From contig CAZQHZ010000007.1 of NCBI GenBank assembly GCA_964593285.1, positions 1-59,018 on the forward strand: 59,018 bases of DNA, written 5' to 3'. The notes beneath the pieces were generated by a model. The model saw only the letters and a program-made list of their open reading frames with translations, was not told the origin of the DNA and ran no database searches. The DNA is from an uncultured Methanosarcinales archaeon. GTDB lineage: Archaea > Nanobdellota > Nanobdellia > Woesearchaeales > DSVV01. Shown here piece after piece: positions 1-10,713 of this stretch (positions are counted from its first letter, which is position 1; every line of letters starts with the position of its first letter). The position numbers were made by a program, and so were the translations under genes.

Positions 1-55
1 AAATAAATAAATAAATAAATAAATATTTTTTTTAAATTATTTTATTGGTTAAAAA

Positions 56-1339
56 ATGCATGTTACTTTTTTTAGTGAAAATATTTTTATGAATATATCA
101 ATGGGAATTTCTTTTGTTCTATTTTCTTTTTTATTTTTTTTATTTATAATTTTTATAATTTCATTATTCAAAAAACAAAAATTTTCAAAATTAAAATCAT
201 TTGCAAATGTTTCTGTTTTAATTCCAACATTTAATGAAGAAAAAAATATAGTTAATTGTTTAAATTCAGTTTTAAATTCTAATTATAATAAAAAAAATTT
301 AGAAATAATTGTTGTTGATGATGAATCAAAAGATGATACAGTAAATGTTGTTGAAAAGTTTATTGAAAAAAATAAAGATTATGATATAAAATTAATTAAA
401 GCAAAACATCAGGGTAAATCAGGTTGTTTAAATTTAGGTGTAAAACATGCAAAAAATGAATTTATTTTAACAATTGATGCCGATGTTGTTATTTTAAAAG
501 ACACCATTAAAAAATTAGTAACACCTTTAGTTGAAAAAAATGTTGGTGCAACTAATTCTGTTGCATATATTAGAAAACCAAAAAAATTTATTGAATATTT
601 TCAAATGATTGAATTTTGTTTAAATAATTTAATTAGAACATCTTTTTCAAAAGTTTTTAAAAATAGTATTTGGTTTTTTGGTGCTGTTGCTTGTTATAAA
701 AAATCGATTTTAAAAGAAGTTGGTTATTTTAAAAAAGATACACTAACTGAAGATATGGATATTTGTCTTGAAATTTTTAATAAAAAATATAAAATTGTAA
801 CTGTTGAGGATTGTTTTATTTCAACTTTAGCATGTCCATCTGTTTTATTATTATTCAAACAGAGGATGAGGTGGTATTTTGGAGCACTTCAATCATTATT
901 TAAAAATAAAAGATTACTTAAGGGTAAAAAAAGATCTGCACCTGTTATTTTTTTATTTGTAAATCAGTATTGGTGGACTTTTTTTTCATTTGTTTTTTTC
1001 CCAATGACAATTTATCAAGTATATTTTTGGATTCCTTCATATGAAATATTGGAATTTTCATTTTATATATTTAGATGGTTTTCTTTACTTGGTCCATTTT
1101 ATGTATTTTATATGATGCCAGAATGGGGATTTAATTTTTTAAATATATTTGGTGTAATGTCTGGTGTTTTAACTTTTATTATGGGTTTATTTGCATTAAT
1201 TAAATTTAAAGGAGTTTTTAGATTTAAAACATTTTTTGGATTATTTTTTTATTTTCCATATACCATAATTCTTGCAGCAATAATTGTAAGTGGTGTTATT
1301 AAATATACATTTTCAAAGAAAAAATATTTTATTAATTGA
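56..1339 (+). CDS. Processive family-2 glycosyltransferase (cellulose synthase/PgaC-like), membrane-bound
   Basis: SVLIPTFNEE, VVDDESKD, DAD, TLTED and QRMRW (QxxRW) motifs; N- and C-terminal TM helices. Confidence 0.9.
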   Translation: MHVTFFSENIFMNISMGISFVLFSFLFFLFIIFIISLFKKQKFSKLKSFANVSVLIPTFNEEKNIVNCLNSVLNSNYNKKNLEIIVVDDESKDDTVNVVEKFIEKNKDYDIKLIKAKHQGKSGCLNLGVKHAKNEFILTIDADVVILKDTIKKLVTPLVEKNVGATNSVAYIRKPKKFIEYFQMIEFCLNNLIRTSFSKVFKNSIWFFGAVACYKKSILKEVGYFKKDTLTEDMDICLEIFNKKYKIVTVEDCFISTLACPSVLLLFKQRMRWYFGALQSLFKNKRLLKGKKRSAPVIFLFVNQYWWTFFSFVFFPMTIYQVYFWIPSYEILEFSFYIFRWFSLLGPFYVFYMMPEWGFNFLNIFGVMSGVLTFIMGLFALIKFKGVFRFKTFFGLFFYFPYTIILAAIIVSGVIKYTFSKKKYFIN

Positions 1340-2772
1340 TTATGTTAAAAAAAATATTAAACAAAATGAGTATTCAAAAATTTTTAAAAACAAATAAATA
1401 TTTATTATTAATTTTATTGCTTGGATTATTTTTAAGATTATATAGATATACTTCTGAAAGCATTTGGTTAGATGAAACAATTTCAATATTTCTTGCAAAT
1501 CAAAATATATTATTTATTATTAATTTTATTGATCCAACACCACCTTTATTTTATATCTTGTTACATTGTTGGACAATTTTTGGAAATTCACCCCAAATAT
1601 TAAAATTATTGACAATATTAATAAGTACAATTAATATAGTTGCGATATATCTTGTTGCAAAGAAATTATATTCTAAAAAAATAGGTATTTATGCAGCTTT
1701 ATTTGTTGCTGTTTCCCCAATTAATGTTTATTATGCTCAAGAATTAAGAGCATATAGTTTACTTTTTTTGGTATCTACATTTTTAATTTATTATTATTTA
1801 TGTTTTGATAATTCTTTAAAATCAAAATTTTTATATTTTATTTTTTTCATAGCTACAGTATATACTCATATTTATGGATTGTTTATTATATTTGCAATTT
1901 ATTTACATAAATTTATAATTAAAAGAAAAGATTATTTTTATTTTTCAAAATGGTTTAAATTTAATCTAATTTTAGGGTTGCTTAGTTTACCTTGGTTTTA
2001 TCGTATATATCAAATGGTTCTTTTAGATGAAGCTGGTTGGATACAAACACCTTTGCCAAAAGAGTTATTTTTTGTTTTTTTTCAATCAATTTCAGGATAT
2101 TCAATTTTTATATTTGGAATTATTTTGTTTATTGTTGGCTCTATTCTTGCAATATATTCCTTAATAAAGCAATTAAAAAAATCAAAAATTAGTATAGAGT
2201 TTTTATGGATATTAATTCCTGTATTTGTTCCTTTTATATTATCGTTTTGTTTAAAACCTTTTTTTTTCCCAAGATATGCTTTATTAATCAATATACCAAT
2301 TTATATTTTAATTGCCTATAGTTTAAAAGACAATAAGTTTTTTAAAAAAATAATTTTTATTTTTGTATTTTTATCAATATTAGTTGTAATTTTACAATCT
2401 CATTCAACATTAAAAGATCCGTGGAAACAAATAGATGTAAAACCTCCAGTTGGCATTATTGCTTTTTATGAAGCATTTCCATATATATATCTAAATGAAC
2501 CAGATTGCTTTAAAGAAAAATCTATTGACGCTGTTTATGTCTGCGCAGCAGAAAGAGAAATTTTTGCAGTTCAATCAGATTATCCTTTAGATCCAAAAAA
2601 AAAATATAATTTAATCTTATCTAAAGAATGGCTAACAGAGCAAGATAGTTATATTGCACAAAAATATATTGGTGATAATTCAACTAAAGTTGCATATCAT
2701 ATGAATAATGATGTTTGGATTTTTAAAAATATGCGTAAAACAAATCCAATTCATGTAATTTATAAAAATTGA
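1336..2772 (+). CDS. GT-C fold membrane glycosyltransferase (PMT/ArnT-like); start may be ATG at 1342 or 1366
   Basis: SIWLDE, PPLFYILLH, YYAQELRAY motifs; multiple TM helices. Confidence 0.85.
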   Translation: MIMLKKILNKMSIQKFLKTNKYLLLILLLGLFLRLYRYTSESIWLDETISIFLANQNILFIINFIDPTPPLFYILLHCWTIFGNSPQILKLLTILISTINIVAIYLVAKKLYSKKIGIYAALFVAVSPINVYYAQELRAYSLLFLVSTFLIYYYLCFDNSLKSKFLYFIFFIATVYTHIYGLFIIFAIYLHKFIIKRKDYFYFSKWFKFNLILGLLSLPWFYRIYQMVLLDEAGWIQTPLPKELFFVFFQSISGYSIFIFGIILFIVGSILAIYSLIKQLKKSKISIEFLWILIPVFVPFILSFCLKPFFFPRYALLINIPIYILIAYSLKDNKFFKKIIFIFVFLSILVVILQSHSTLKDPWKQIDVKPPVGIIAFYEAFPYIYLNEPDCFKEKSIDAVYVCAAEREIFAVQSDYPLDPKKKYNLILSKEWLTEQDSYIAQKYIGDNSTKVAYHMNNDVWIFKNMRKTNPIHVIYKN

Positions 2773-2894
2773 TTAAAATTTAATATAAAAAGAATAAAAT
2801 TTAATTTTTAAATTAATAGTTTTTTATTTTAAAGAAAAAGATGTATAATTGTAAGAATTAGTTGATGTATTAAAAAAATATATTTGAGTTAAAA

Positions 2895-4391
2895 ATGAAT
2901 TATTTTAAAATTAAATTTATTAAAGGTTTTAATGATTTAATTATTTTTTTTAAAAATAATCTTATTTTATTTTTTTTATTAATAATTGGTTTTTTTTTAA
3001 GATTATTTAAAATAAATGAAATATCTTATTGGGTTGATGAAGCAATAAGCATTAATCAAGTTATGCAACCTTTTTTAACTAACATATTTTTAGTTGCAAG
3101 TGATGTCCATCCACCATTGTATAATATTTTACTTTGGTTTTGGACAAGATTATTTGGATTTAATGAAATATCAACAAAGTTTATGTCTCTTATTTTTAGT
3201 GTTTTATCAATATTACTAATATACTTAATTGCTAAAAAATTATTTTCAAAAAATGTTGCAATTTTTTCTGCAACATTACTTACTTTTTCTAAAATCAATA
3301 TCTATTATGCTCAAGAGACAAGAATGTATAGTCTTTTATTATTTTTATCATTACTTTCTATGTATTACTATATTTCTTTATTTTTAACTGATAATAAAAG
3401 AAAGCAAGATAAAAAATTTTTTGTAGGTTTTTCTTTTAAATACATAATTTCTTCAGTATTATTGATATATACTCACATTTTTTCATTATTTATTTTATTT
3501 ATACAAGGTTTATTTATTGTATTATATCACAAAAAAAAATTATTTTGCTTTTTTAAAAATAATTTTATAATTTTTTTGTTGTATCTTCCGTGGATTCCTG
3601 TAATAATAAATCAATTTTTAAAAGTAACAGATTCATATTGGTTATCAAAACCAAATTTTTTATCTTTATATGAGACAATAGTTGATTTTTCAGGGAGTAT
3701 TTTTTTGTTTTATTTATTTACTTTTATTATTTCAATGTTTTTTTTTTATTCTTTAATTAAAAAATATTTTAATTATAAAATTTTATTTGTATTTTGTTGG
3801 TTTATACTTCCAATATTAATTTTATTTTTAATTTCAGTATTATTTAAACCATTTTTTTTAACAAGATATATTTTATATTGTTCTTTGCCATATTTTATCC
3901 TAATTGCTTATTCAATTAATAAATTAGTAAAGTTTAAAATTATAAAATGTTTAATTATTATAATAATTATTTTTTTTTCTATATTAAGTATTTTTGAATA
4001 TTATAATAACAATTCAAAGGAAGATTGGAACGAGGTTGTTTTTTTTATAAAAAATAATTATAATCATGAAAAAATAATTATACACCCACATTATGAAATA
4101 TTTCCTTTTTTATATTATTTTGATAGAAATTGTTTTAGTAATAAAATTGGGTACGATTTTAAAAAAGATATTTCTTATTCTAATTGTAATAAAAATATTT
4201 TTGGAGTTAATCAAATTTATGATATAAATGTTCTATTAAATGAATCTTTTTGGCTAATTAAATATTATGAAGATTATTATAAAATAAATGATTCTTATTA
4301 CATTTTAGAAGATTTAAATAAAACACATAATGTTTTTTTGTTAAAGAAAATAAAAAATATAGCAATATATAAAGGTAATTTAAAAAATTGA
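2895..4391 (+). CDS. GT-C fold membrane glycosyltransferase (PMT/ArnT-like), paralog of upstream gene
   Basis: SYWVDE, DVHPPLY, YYAQETRMY, KEDW motifs; multiple TM helices. Confidence 0.85.
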   Translation: MNYFKIKFIKGFNDLIIFFKNNLILFFLLIIGFFLRLFKINEISYWVDEAISINQVMQPFLTNIFLVASDVHPPLYNILLWFWTRLFGFNEISTKFMSLIFSVLSILLIYLIAKKLFSKNVAIFSATLLTFSKINIYYAQETRMYSLLLFLSLLSMYYYISLFLTDNKRKQDKKFFVGFSFKYIISSVLLIYTHIFSLFILFIQGLFIVLYHKKKLFCFFKNNFIIFLLYLPWIPVIINQFLKVTDSYWLSKPNFLSLYETIVDFSGSIFLFYLFTFIISMFFFYSLIKKYFNYKILFVFCWFILPILILFLISVLFKPFFLTRYILYCSLPYFILIAYSINKLVKFKIIKCLIIIIIIFFSILSIFEYYNNNSKEDWNEVVFFIKNNYNHEKIIIHPHYEIFPFLYYFDRNCFSNKIGYDFKKDISYSNCNKNIFGVNQIYDINVLLNESFWLIKYYEDYYKINDSYYILEDLNKTHNVFLLKKIKNIAIYKGNLKN

Positions 4392-4440
4392 ATTAATTAA
4401 TATAAATATATTTTTATATAATTTTTAAATTCTATTTATT

Positions 4441-4857
4441 TTATTTTAATAATCTAAAAGTTATAAATTTATGTCCAATAAAATTCCAAAAAAATATAAT
4501 CATAATACTTACTAATTTTGCATAAACATACCAAATCATAAAATATTCAACCAAACTATATAAAATTATTTTATTTAATAGTAATCCAACTAAAGATACA
4601 AAAAAAAATATAATTAATTGTAATGCTATTTTTTTACTTTTATTTTTAAATGTATATTTTTTATTTAGTGTATAATGGGTTATTCCACCAAGTATATATG
4701 AAATAGTTGCAGATATTAAGTAATGAATTTTAAAATATTCTGTAAATACAAATAAAAACATTAAATCAATAATTGTTGCAAATAATGCAATAACTATATA
4801 TTTTGAAAAAATTTTAATTTCGTTTCTAATTATCACTTTATAAAATACAAAAAACAT
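4441..4857 (-). CDS. GtrA-family flippase-like membrane protein
   Basis: 138 aa with 4 TM segments; NKKYTF and WNF..HKFITF motifs typical of GtrA; divergent from Dol-P-Glc synthase. Confidence 0.85.
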   Translation of the reverse strand: MFFVFYKVIIRNEIKIFSKYIVIALFATIIDLMFLFVFTEYFKIHYLISATISYILGGITHYTLNKKYTFKNKSKKIALQLIIFFFVSLVGLLLNKIILYSLVEYFMIWYVYAKLVSIMIIFFWNFIGHKFITFRLLK

Positions 4858-4884
4858 TTAATATATAAAAATTCTCTTTATAAA

Positions 4885-5598
4885 ATGAACTTATCTATTG
4901 TTATTCCTGTTTTTAATGAAGAAGAACGAATAAAAAAATCTTTATTCGAAATAATTAGTTATTTAAAAAATAGTAAAATAATAAAAAATTTTGAAATAAT
5001 TATTGTTGATGATAATTCTAGTGATAATACTTTTAATATTGTTAGTAATTTTGATAAAAAAATAATTGTTTTAAAAAACAAAAAAAATTATGGCAAGGGA
5101 TATTCTATTAAAAAAGGAATTTTAAATGCAAAGTATGATTATATTTTGTTCACTGATGCAGATTTAGCAACACCAATTAATGAAATTGAAAAAATGTTGA
5201 TAGAAATAAAACATTTTGATGTTGTTATTGCATCGCGTAATTTAAAAAATTCAAAAATAGTTGTAAAACAACCATTTTATCGGCAAATTTTAGGTAATAT
5301 TTTTCCATTTATAGTAAGATTTATTTTAATTTCAAATATTAAAGATACTCAATGTGGATTTAAATTATTTAAAAGAAATGTCGCTAGAAAAATTTTCAAG
5401 CTTCAAACAAGATATAGATTTTCATTTGATGTTGAGATTTTATTTATTGCAAAAAAAAAGGGATTTAAAATTAAAGAAATACCAGTTAGATGGATAGACA
5501 AAAAAGGAAGTAAAGTTAATTTATTAAAGGATTCTACAAAAATGTTTATAGATTTATTTAAAATAAAATATAATAATTATAAAAAAAAATATGATTAA
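4885..5598 (+). CDS. Dolichyl-phosphate beta-glucosyltransferase-like (GT2, ALG5/DPG synthase type)
   Basis: LSIVIPVFNEE, NYGKG, FTDADL, DTQCGFKLF, FSFDVE, EIPVRW motifs. Confidence 0.9.
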   Translation: MNLSIVIPVFNEEERIKKSLFEIISYLKNSKIIKNFEIIIVDDNSSDNTFNIVSNFDKKIIVLKNKKNYGKGYSIKKGILNAKYDYILFTDADLATPINEIEKMLIEIKHFDVVIASRNLKNSKIVVKQPFYRQILGNIFPFIVRFILISNIKDTQCGFKLFKRNVARKIFKLQTRYRFSFDVEILFIAKKKGFKIKEIPVRWIDKKGSKVNLLKDSTKMFIDLFKIKYNNYKKKYD

Positions 5599-5604
5599 TT
5601 ATCT

Positions 5605-6078
5605 TTAATTTTCAAGGGCACTACAAATTGTACTTGTACATATTTCTTCACTAAATAAATAAATTACTAATCCAACGATTGTTAAAATAATAGAAGTTAA
5701 ACTAATTACCATAGCAAAAGAAAAATAAAATAGTCCATTAAATTTTTGGGGATATTTTTTATATTTTTTATATGCATTATAAGCTAAAAAAAAAGATATG
5801 GGTGCAAATCCAAAGTTAAATAAAGGAATCCATGAAAAAAGACTTAAAAAAAAAGCAATTTTGGCTTGAAATGAATCTTTTTGATTATTATTTTTTAAAT
5901 TATAAATATATATGCTAATGAAAAAAAATGCTTTTAAAATAAATATATTTAAAAAAATTATAAATAAAAATGTAACATTATTAAAATAACTATAAATTGA
6001 TAAAAAAATTGAGTAAATTAAAGTTATAATTAATGTAATATAAGTAAAATGTAACCATAATCTATTTTGTATTTTCAT
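5605..6078 (-). CDS. Hypothetical multi-pass membrane protein
   Basis: 157-aa hydrophobic ORF overlapping the stop of the upstream GT2 by 4 nt (ATGA coupling). Confidence 0.7.
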   Translation of the reverse strand: MKIQNRLWLHFTYITLIITLIYSIFLSIYSYFNNVTFLFIIFLNIFILKAFFFISIYIYNLKNNNQKDSFQAKIAFFLSLFSWIPLFNFGFAPISFFLAYNAYKKYKKYPQKFNGLFYFSFAMVISLTSIILTIVGLVIYLFSEEICTSTICSALEN

Positions 6079-7436
6079 TTTATTTGTTTATTTCCATTTT
6101 TATTTAACATAAACCATTTCATTTCTCTACTAAATATTGCTTTAAATATTCCAACATTTACATAATATGCTACAACAAGCCCAACAGATAAAGAACCTGC
6201 AATCATTTTTGGAATTTCTTTAATTTTTTTCCCAAGGCTTAATGCAACAATACTTGTTATAATAAAACCACTTGTTAGTAAAACATTTCTAAAAGTTTCA
6301 CTTAAAAAAAGGCCCCATTCTATTGGTGCGGGTCTATTACTAATTATTGATAAGAATCCTATTATTGTAAGCATTAATATAAGCATTGAAAACAAATATC
6401 CTGATGCAAAAATTATTACACTTAATTTATCTTTTTTATTAGTTTGTTTACTTTTTAAAATATTTTTAAAATGTAATTTAAATGCAGAAATAACACCATA
6501 TGCCCATCTCATTTGTTGTTTGCATAAATCTTTAAAAGTATAAGGTGCTTCACATTTACATTCTAAATCTTCTAAAAAAATCAATTTTTTATTTCCTTTT
6601 TCAATTAATCTAAAAGAACATTCAACATCTTCTGTTAAGGTACCAGATGTCCAGCCACCAACATTTATTAAATCCTTTTTTCTAATAGCTTCAGCAGAAC
6701 CACATAAAAATGTATTACCTCCATAATTTTTTATAAATGGTAGTGCAATATTGTGGCATAATAAAGAAATAGTCCCACCAAGTATAGAATATACATTTTG
6801 TTTGAAATTATGAATATTCCACTTCGCTTGAACTACAGAAACATTTTTATCAGCAATGAAAGGAATTAAAATTCGTTTTAAAAAATCTTTTTCTGGTAAA
6901 AAATCAGAGTCAAATATCACAATTATTTCACCATTTGTATATTTTAACATATGATTTAAATTTCCAGGTTTAAATCCAATATTTTCCCCTCTTCTTGTAA
7001 CTTTAATTAAATTTTCATATTTTTTAGCAAAGTCATCAATTTGTTTAGATATTTTAATATCGTTACTATCATCTCCAATGATTATTTCCATTTTATCTTT
7101 TGGATAATCAAAATTAATACATTTTTTTGCACAATTAAGTGCTGCAATTTCATTGTATGTTGGAATTTGTATTGTAACTTTTGGATAATTTATATCTTTT
7201 AATTCTTTTATTTGTTTCTTTTTTTTAAACATAATTGTAACTGCCATTATTAAATAAAAAGAGGCAAGAATTATTGTTATTAATAATAAAAAATTAAAAG
7301 TGTTCTTAAAAAAAAAATGTATATAGTCAAGTATAATTCTAGAATAATCAAAATAGAATAAATAAACATAATTACCTATTGAATTATAAATTTCAAAAAA
7401 TATACTGAATAAATTTTTAACAAATTCTGTAATCAT
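6075..7436 (-). CDS. Processive family-2 glycosyltransferase (cellulose synthase/glucomannan synthase-like)
   Basis: VTIQIPTYNE, GFKPGNLN, FDSDF, TLTED, QQMRW motifs. Confidence 0.9.
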   Translation of the reverse strand: MITEFVKNLFSIFFEIYNSIGNYVYLFYFDYSRIILDYIHFFFKNTFNFLLLITIILASFYLIMAVTIMFKKKKQIKELKDINYPKVTIQIPTYNEIAALNCAKKCINFDYPKDKMEIIIGDDSNDIKISKQIDDFAKKYENLIKVTRRGENIGFKPGNLNHMLKYTNGEIIVIFDSDFLPEKDFLKRILIPFIADKNVSVVQAKWNIHNFKQNVYSILGGTISLLCHNIALPFIKNYGGNTFLCGSAEAIRKKDLINVGGWTSGTLTEDVECSFRLIEKGNKKLIFLEDLECKCEAPYTFKDLCKQQMRWAYGVISAFKLHFKNILKSKQTNKKDKLSVIIFASGYLFSMLILMLTIIGFLSIISNRPAPIEWGLFLSETFRNVLLTSGFIITSIVALSLGKKIKEIPKMIAGSLSVGLVVAYYVNVGIFKAIFSREMKWFMLNKNGNKQIK

Positions 7437-7549
7437 ATTTTCATTGCTCTTTTTTTTTATTTATAAATATTATGGATTTTATTACTATATATGTATTAAA
7501 CATATATAAAAATGCCGTTACTACTAAATAGTACTTTTTTATAAAAAAT

Positions 7550-9114
7550 TTAATTATTTTCTTTTAGCTCCCATATTTTTATTGTTTCGCTTTCATATAA
7601 TAAATTAAATAATTCACTATTTTTCATTAAAAATTCTAATCCAATAATTTTTTTCTCATTAAGCATATCTTTTTTTGTATATTTATCTATTAAAAACAAA
7701 TCGAGATTATATTTTTCAATTAAATATGTTGCATTTTTAATATTTCTTGTTTGCATTAATGAATAATAATCATTTGTTTTATTAATATCGTTTGTTACAT
7801 TATAATAAAGCCAAAATGTTTTTTTTGTTGTAAAATAATTTATTAAATAACTATTTTTCTCATCTGATAATACAATTATATCATCATCTGTATTATCTTC
7901 TAGCCATTTTATAGATTCAATTAATTCTTGATTATTTAAATTTTTATTTATTGTATTTAAATATGTTATTGAACTAATAATTATTCCAAAAATAATTAAA
8001 AATAGTGTTAAATTTCTAATAGTTTTCAATTCCCATACCATTTCTTTAATTCCAAGAATGGTTTTTGCAGAAATTATAACTAATATTAAATTTAAAATTA
8101 TTTTTAAATTTTCATTGATAAATAATATTCCAAGAATCAATATTAATAAAAAAAAATATAATTGTAAATTTTTTATTTTATTTTTCCAGCTTACAACTAA
8201 ATAAAAACCAGCCAAAAAGAATATAAAAAAACTAAATCCTAAGTTGCTACCAAACATTATTAAATTATTTTCTAATAAATTGATGATATTTAAATTCTGA
8301 AAATGAAAAAAGTTATAAAAATTAAATAAATGGATATTTAAAATTAATGCTACAATCGCTATAAAAAAAGGAATAAATAAAAAATAATAATTTTTATCAA
8401 TAAAAATAAAATAATAAATTGTTATGATAATTCCAATTGTTGTAAAACTTGGCTTGAGTAAAAATAATAAGAAAATAGGAATAGATGCAAAATATTTTAT
8501 TTTATTCTCAAAATTTATTAAATAATAAATAATTAAACAAAGCAAAAAAATTAATGAAAATTTTAAATTAGCTAAAAATCCGTAAATAAAAATTTGTGAA
8601 GTAATTAAAAAAAATAGAGCAAAAAAAATATTTCTTTTGTTAAATTTTAGTTTTTTTAAAACAAAAAAGAAAGTAATCAAACTAATTACTCCAAAAATAA
8701 TTGGAAGTAGAATAATTAATATTTCTCTATTAAGATAATTGTCAATATTAATTATTGCAAAATCATAAAATTGATTAATTATTTTATTATCTAATTGATA
8801 TGATTGTTTATATTGTGTATCAAATAAAGGAAAAAATTCCTGATAATTTTTATATTGTATTAAATATGGGCTAATCAAAAAAATTATACCAATAATTAAA
8901 ATTAATATATTTAATAAATTCCAGTTAATTTTAATATTTTNNNNNNNNNNNNNNNNNNNNNNNNNNNNNNNNNNNNNNNNNNNNNNNNNNNNNNNNNNNN
9001 NNNNNNNNNNNNNNNNNNNNNNNNNNNNNNNNNNNNNNNNATACCAATAATTAAAATTAATATATTTAATAAATTCCAGTTAATTTTAATATTTTGAATT
9101 GTTTTTATTTTCAT
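7550..9114 (-). CDS. Multi-pass membrane protein with C-terminal AglB/STT3-like soluble domain (about 469 aa after collapsing the gap)
   Basis: 8886-8940 is identical to 9041-9095 across the N gap; collapsing it joins ORFs 8911-9114 and 7550-8878 in frame (..ILIIG-IIF-LISPY..); WLEDNT..IVLS..SYLI and IEKYNLD-type C-terminal pattern. Confidence 0.65.
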
Positions 9115-9119
9115 CTTTT

Positions 9120-10613
9120 TTAAACTAAATTACATTCTCTTTTATAGATTTTTATTTGATTTTTTATATAAAATTCACTAAAACAATCATCATTAATATA
9201 TGATATCTTAGTAATATTATATCTTGATTTAATTGTTTCATCAAATACTAAATATTTTGCATTATATTTTTGCATTATTTTGATTGCTTTTGTAATGATT
9301 GCTGAAGTATATAATGTTTTTATATCATTTAATCTAATATCTAAATCTTCGACAAATAAATAATTGGTATCTGCAAAATTTTTTTTATTTGCAAAATAAT
9401 TAATTAAATGTCCTTTTTCAATATCCCATATAATAGTAAAATTTTCATTTGTTTCATTTTGTATTTTTTTAAATCCATTAATTATTTCCTTTTCTGTTGA
9501 ATTATCTAATGCATCTTTTATCATTAAAAATGATGGTATAATACTTGTAAATAAAAACAAAATTAACAATAAAAAATAAAAAATAAAAATAAATTTTGAA
9601 AATTTAGTTTTTTTAAAATAATTTATTATATAAACAAAGCCTTCTCCAAATAAAATAACAAATAAAACTCCAAGATAAATTAATCCTAATGTAAAAGGAA
9701 TTAATTTTAAAATAAGCAAAATTGAACATGCACATAAAATTGCAAAAGGCAAAAAAAAGGTTTTTTTCTTTTTGTTTGTTAAAAAAATATATGCAATAGC
9801 TATTAATCCAATTAATGGCAAGATTCCAAGACCAATTAGAATAGTATTTAAATTTATGTCATTAAAATATTTAATTAAAAATTCTTTTGGAATATTACCA
9901 TAAATTATTGATGGGCCATGCATAATTAAAGCATCTTTATAGAAAATTAAATAGGTAAATCCGGTTAAAAAAATAGAAAAAACTAACAATTCTATTTCAG
10001 CTTTTTGAATTTTAAATTTTTCAATCCAAGATATAATAAAATAAAAAATAATTCCTAACAGAATTATTATAACAAATGGGCTAGTAAATATAAAAATTAG
10101 TAATAAAAATATAAAAAGCATTGGTTTTTTTTTAATATTGATTTTTAAAAAAAAATACATTAAATATACACTCAAAGGAACAATAATTGAGTAAATTGAT
10201 GCAGTATTAATTGTTTCATATATATATATTGGAATAAAAGAAGCTAAAAAACTAGATAGTAATGCAACATTTTCATTTTTTGTTATTTGTTTTACAATTA
10301 AAAAAATAGGAAATATAAGTAAACTAGAAAAAAAATTAGTAAAAATTTTAATAGCACACATTGGTTCAAAAAAAAATAAAAAAAATGCTATAATATAGTG
10401 CATTAATGGTAAAAAAAAATATTCTCTTCCCCCATAACTTAATTCATCTTCATATTTAACAAAACCATTATCTTTAATATATTCTGCTTGTCTTAGCACA
10501 AAATAACTTTTTTCATCACTAAGATAAGGCACATTAAGTGCAAAATATAATTTAACAGCAAATACAATTATAAATAAAAATATTAATAAATAAAAATTTC
10601 TTTTTTTAATCAT
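9120..10613 (-). CDS. GT-C/STT3-like multi-pass membrane protein
   Basis: DELSYGGR..PLMH loop, many TM helices, C-terminal W..EKGHLINYFA..NFAD..QKYNAKYL domain. Confidence 0.65.
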   Translation of the reverse strand: MIKKRNFYLLIFLFIIVFAVKLYFALNVPYLSDEKSYFVLRQAEYIKDNGFVKYEDELSYGGREYFFLPLMHYIIAFFLFFFEPMCAIKIFTNFFSSLLIFPIFLIVKQITKNENVALLSSFLASFIPIYIYETINTASIYSIIVPLSVYLMYFFLKINIKKKPMLFIFLLLIFIFTSPFVIIILLGIIFYFIISWIEKFKIQKAEIELLVFSIFLTGFTYLIFYKDALIMHGPSIIYGNIPKEFLIKYFNDINLNTILIGLGILPLIGLIAIAYIFLTNKKKKTFFLPFAILCACSILLILKLIPFTLGLIYLGVLFVILFGEGFVYIINYFKKTKFSKFIFIFYFLLLILFLFTSIIPSFLMIKDALDNSTEKEIINGFKKIQNETNENFTIIWDIEKGHLINYFANKKNFADTNYLFVEDLDIRLNDIKTLYTSAIITKAIKIMQKYNAKYLVFDETIKSRYNITKISYINDDCFSEFYIKNQIKIYKRECNLV

Positions 10614-10713
10614 ATTTTATTAAGAAATAGCAAACTATTTATATTTTTGCAGTTATTATTTATAAATAATATAATAAAATATAAATTTTTTAAATAAATA
10701 AAAGAGGTATTTA

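Noticed and set aside
8886..9095. 55-bp direct repeat around the N gap and an apparently split gene
   Set aside because: Identical flanks around exactly 100 Ns indicate a scaffolding overlap; collapsing them restores one ORF.
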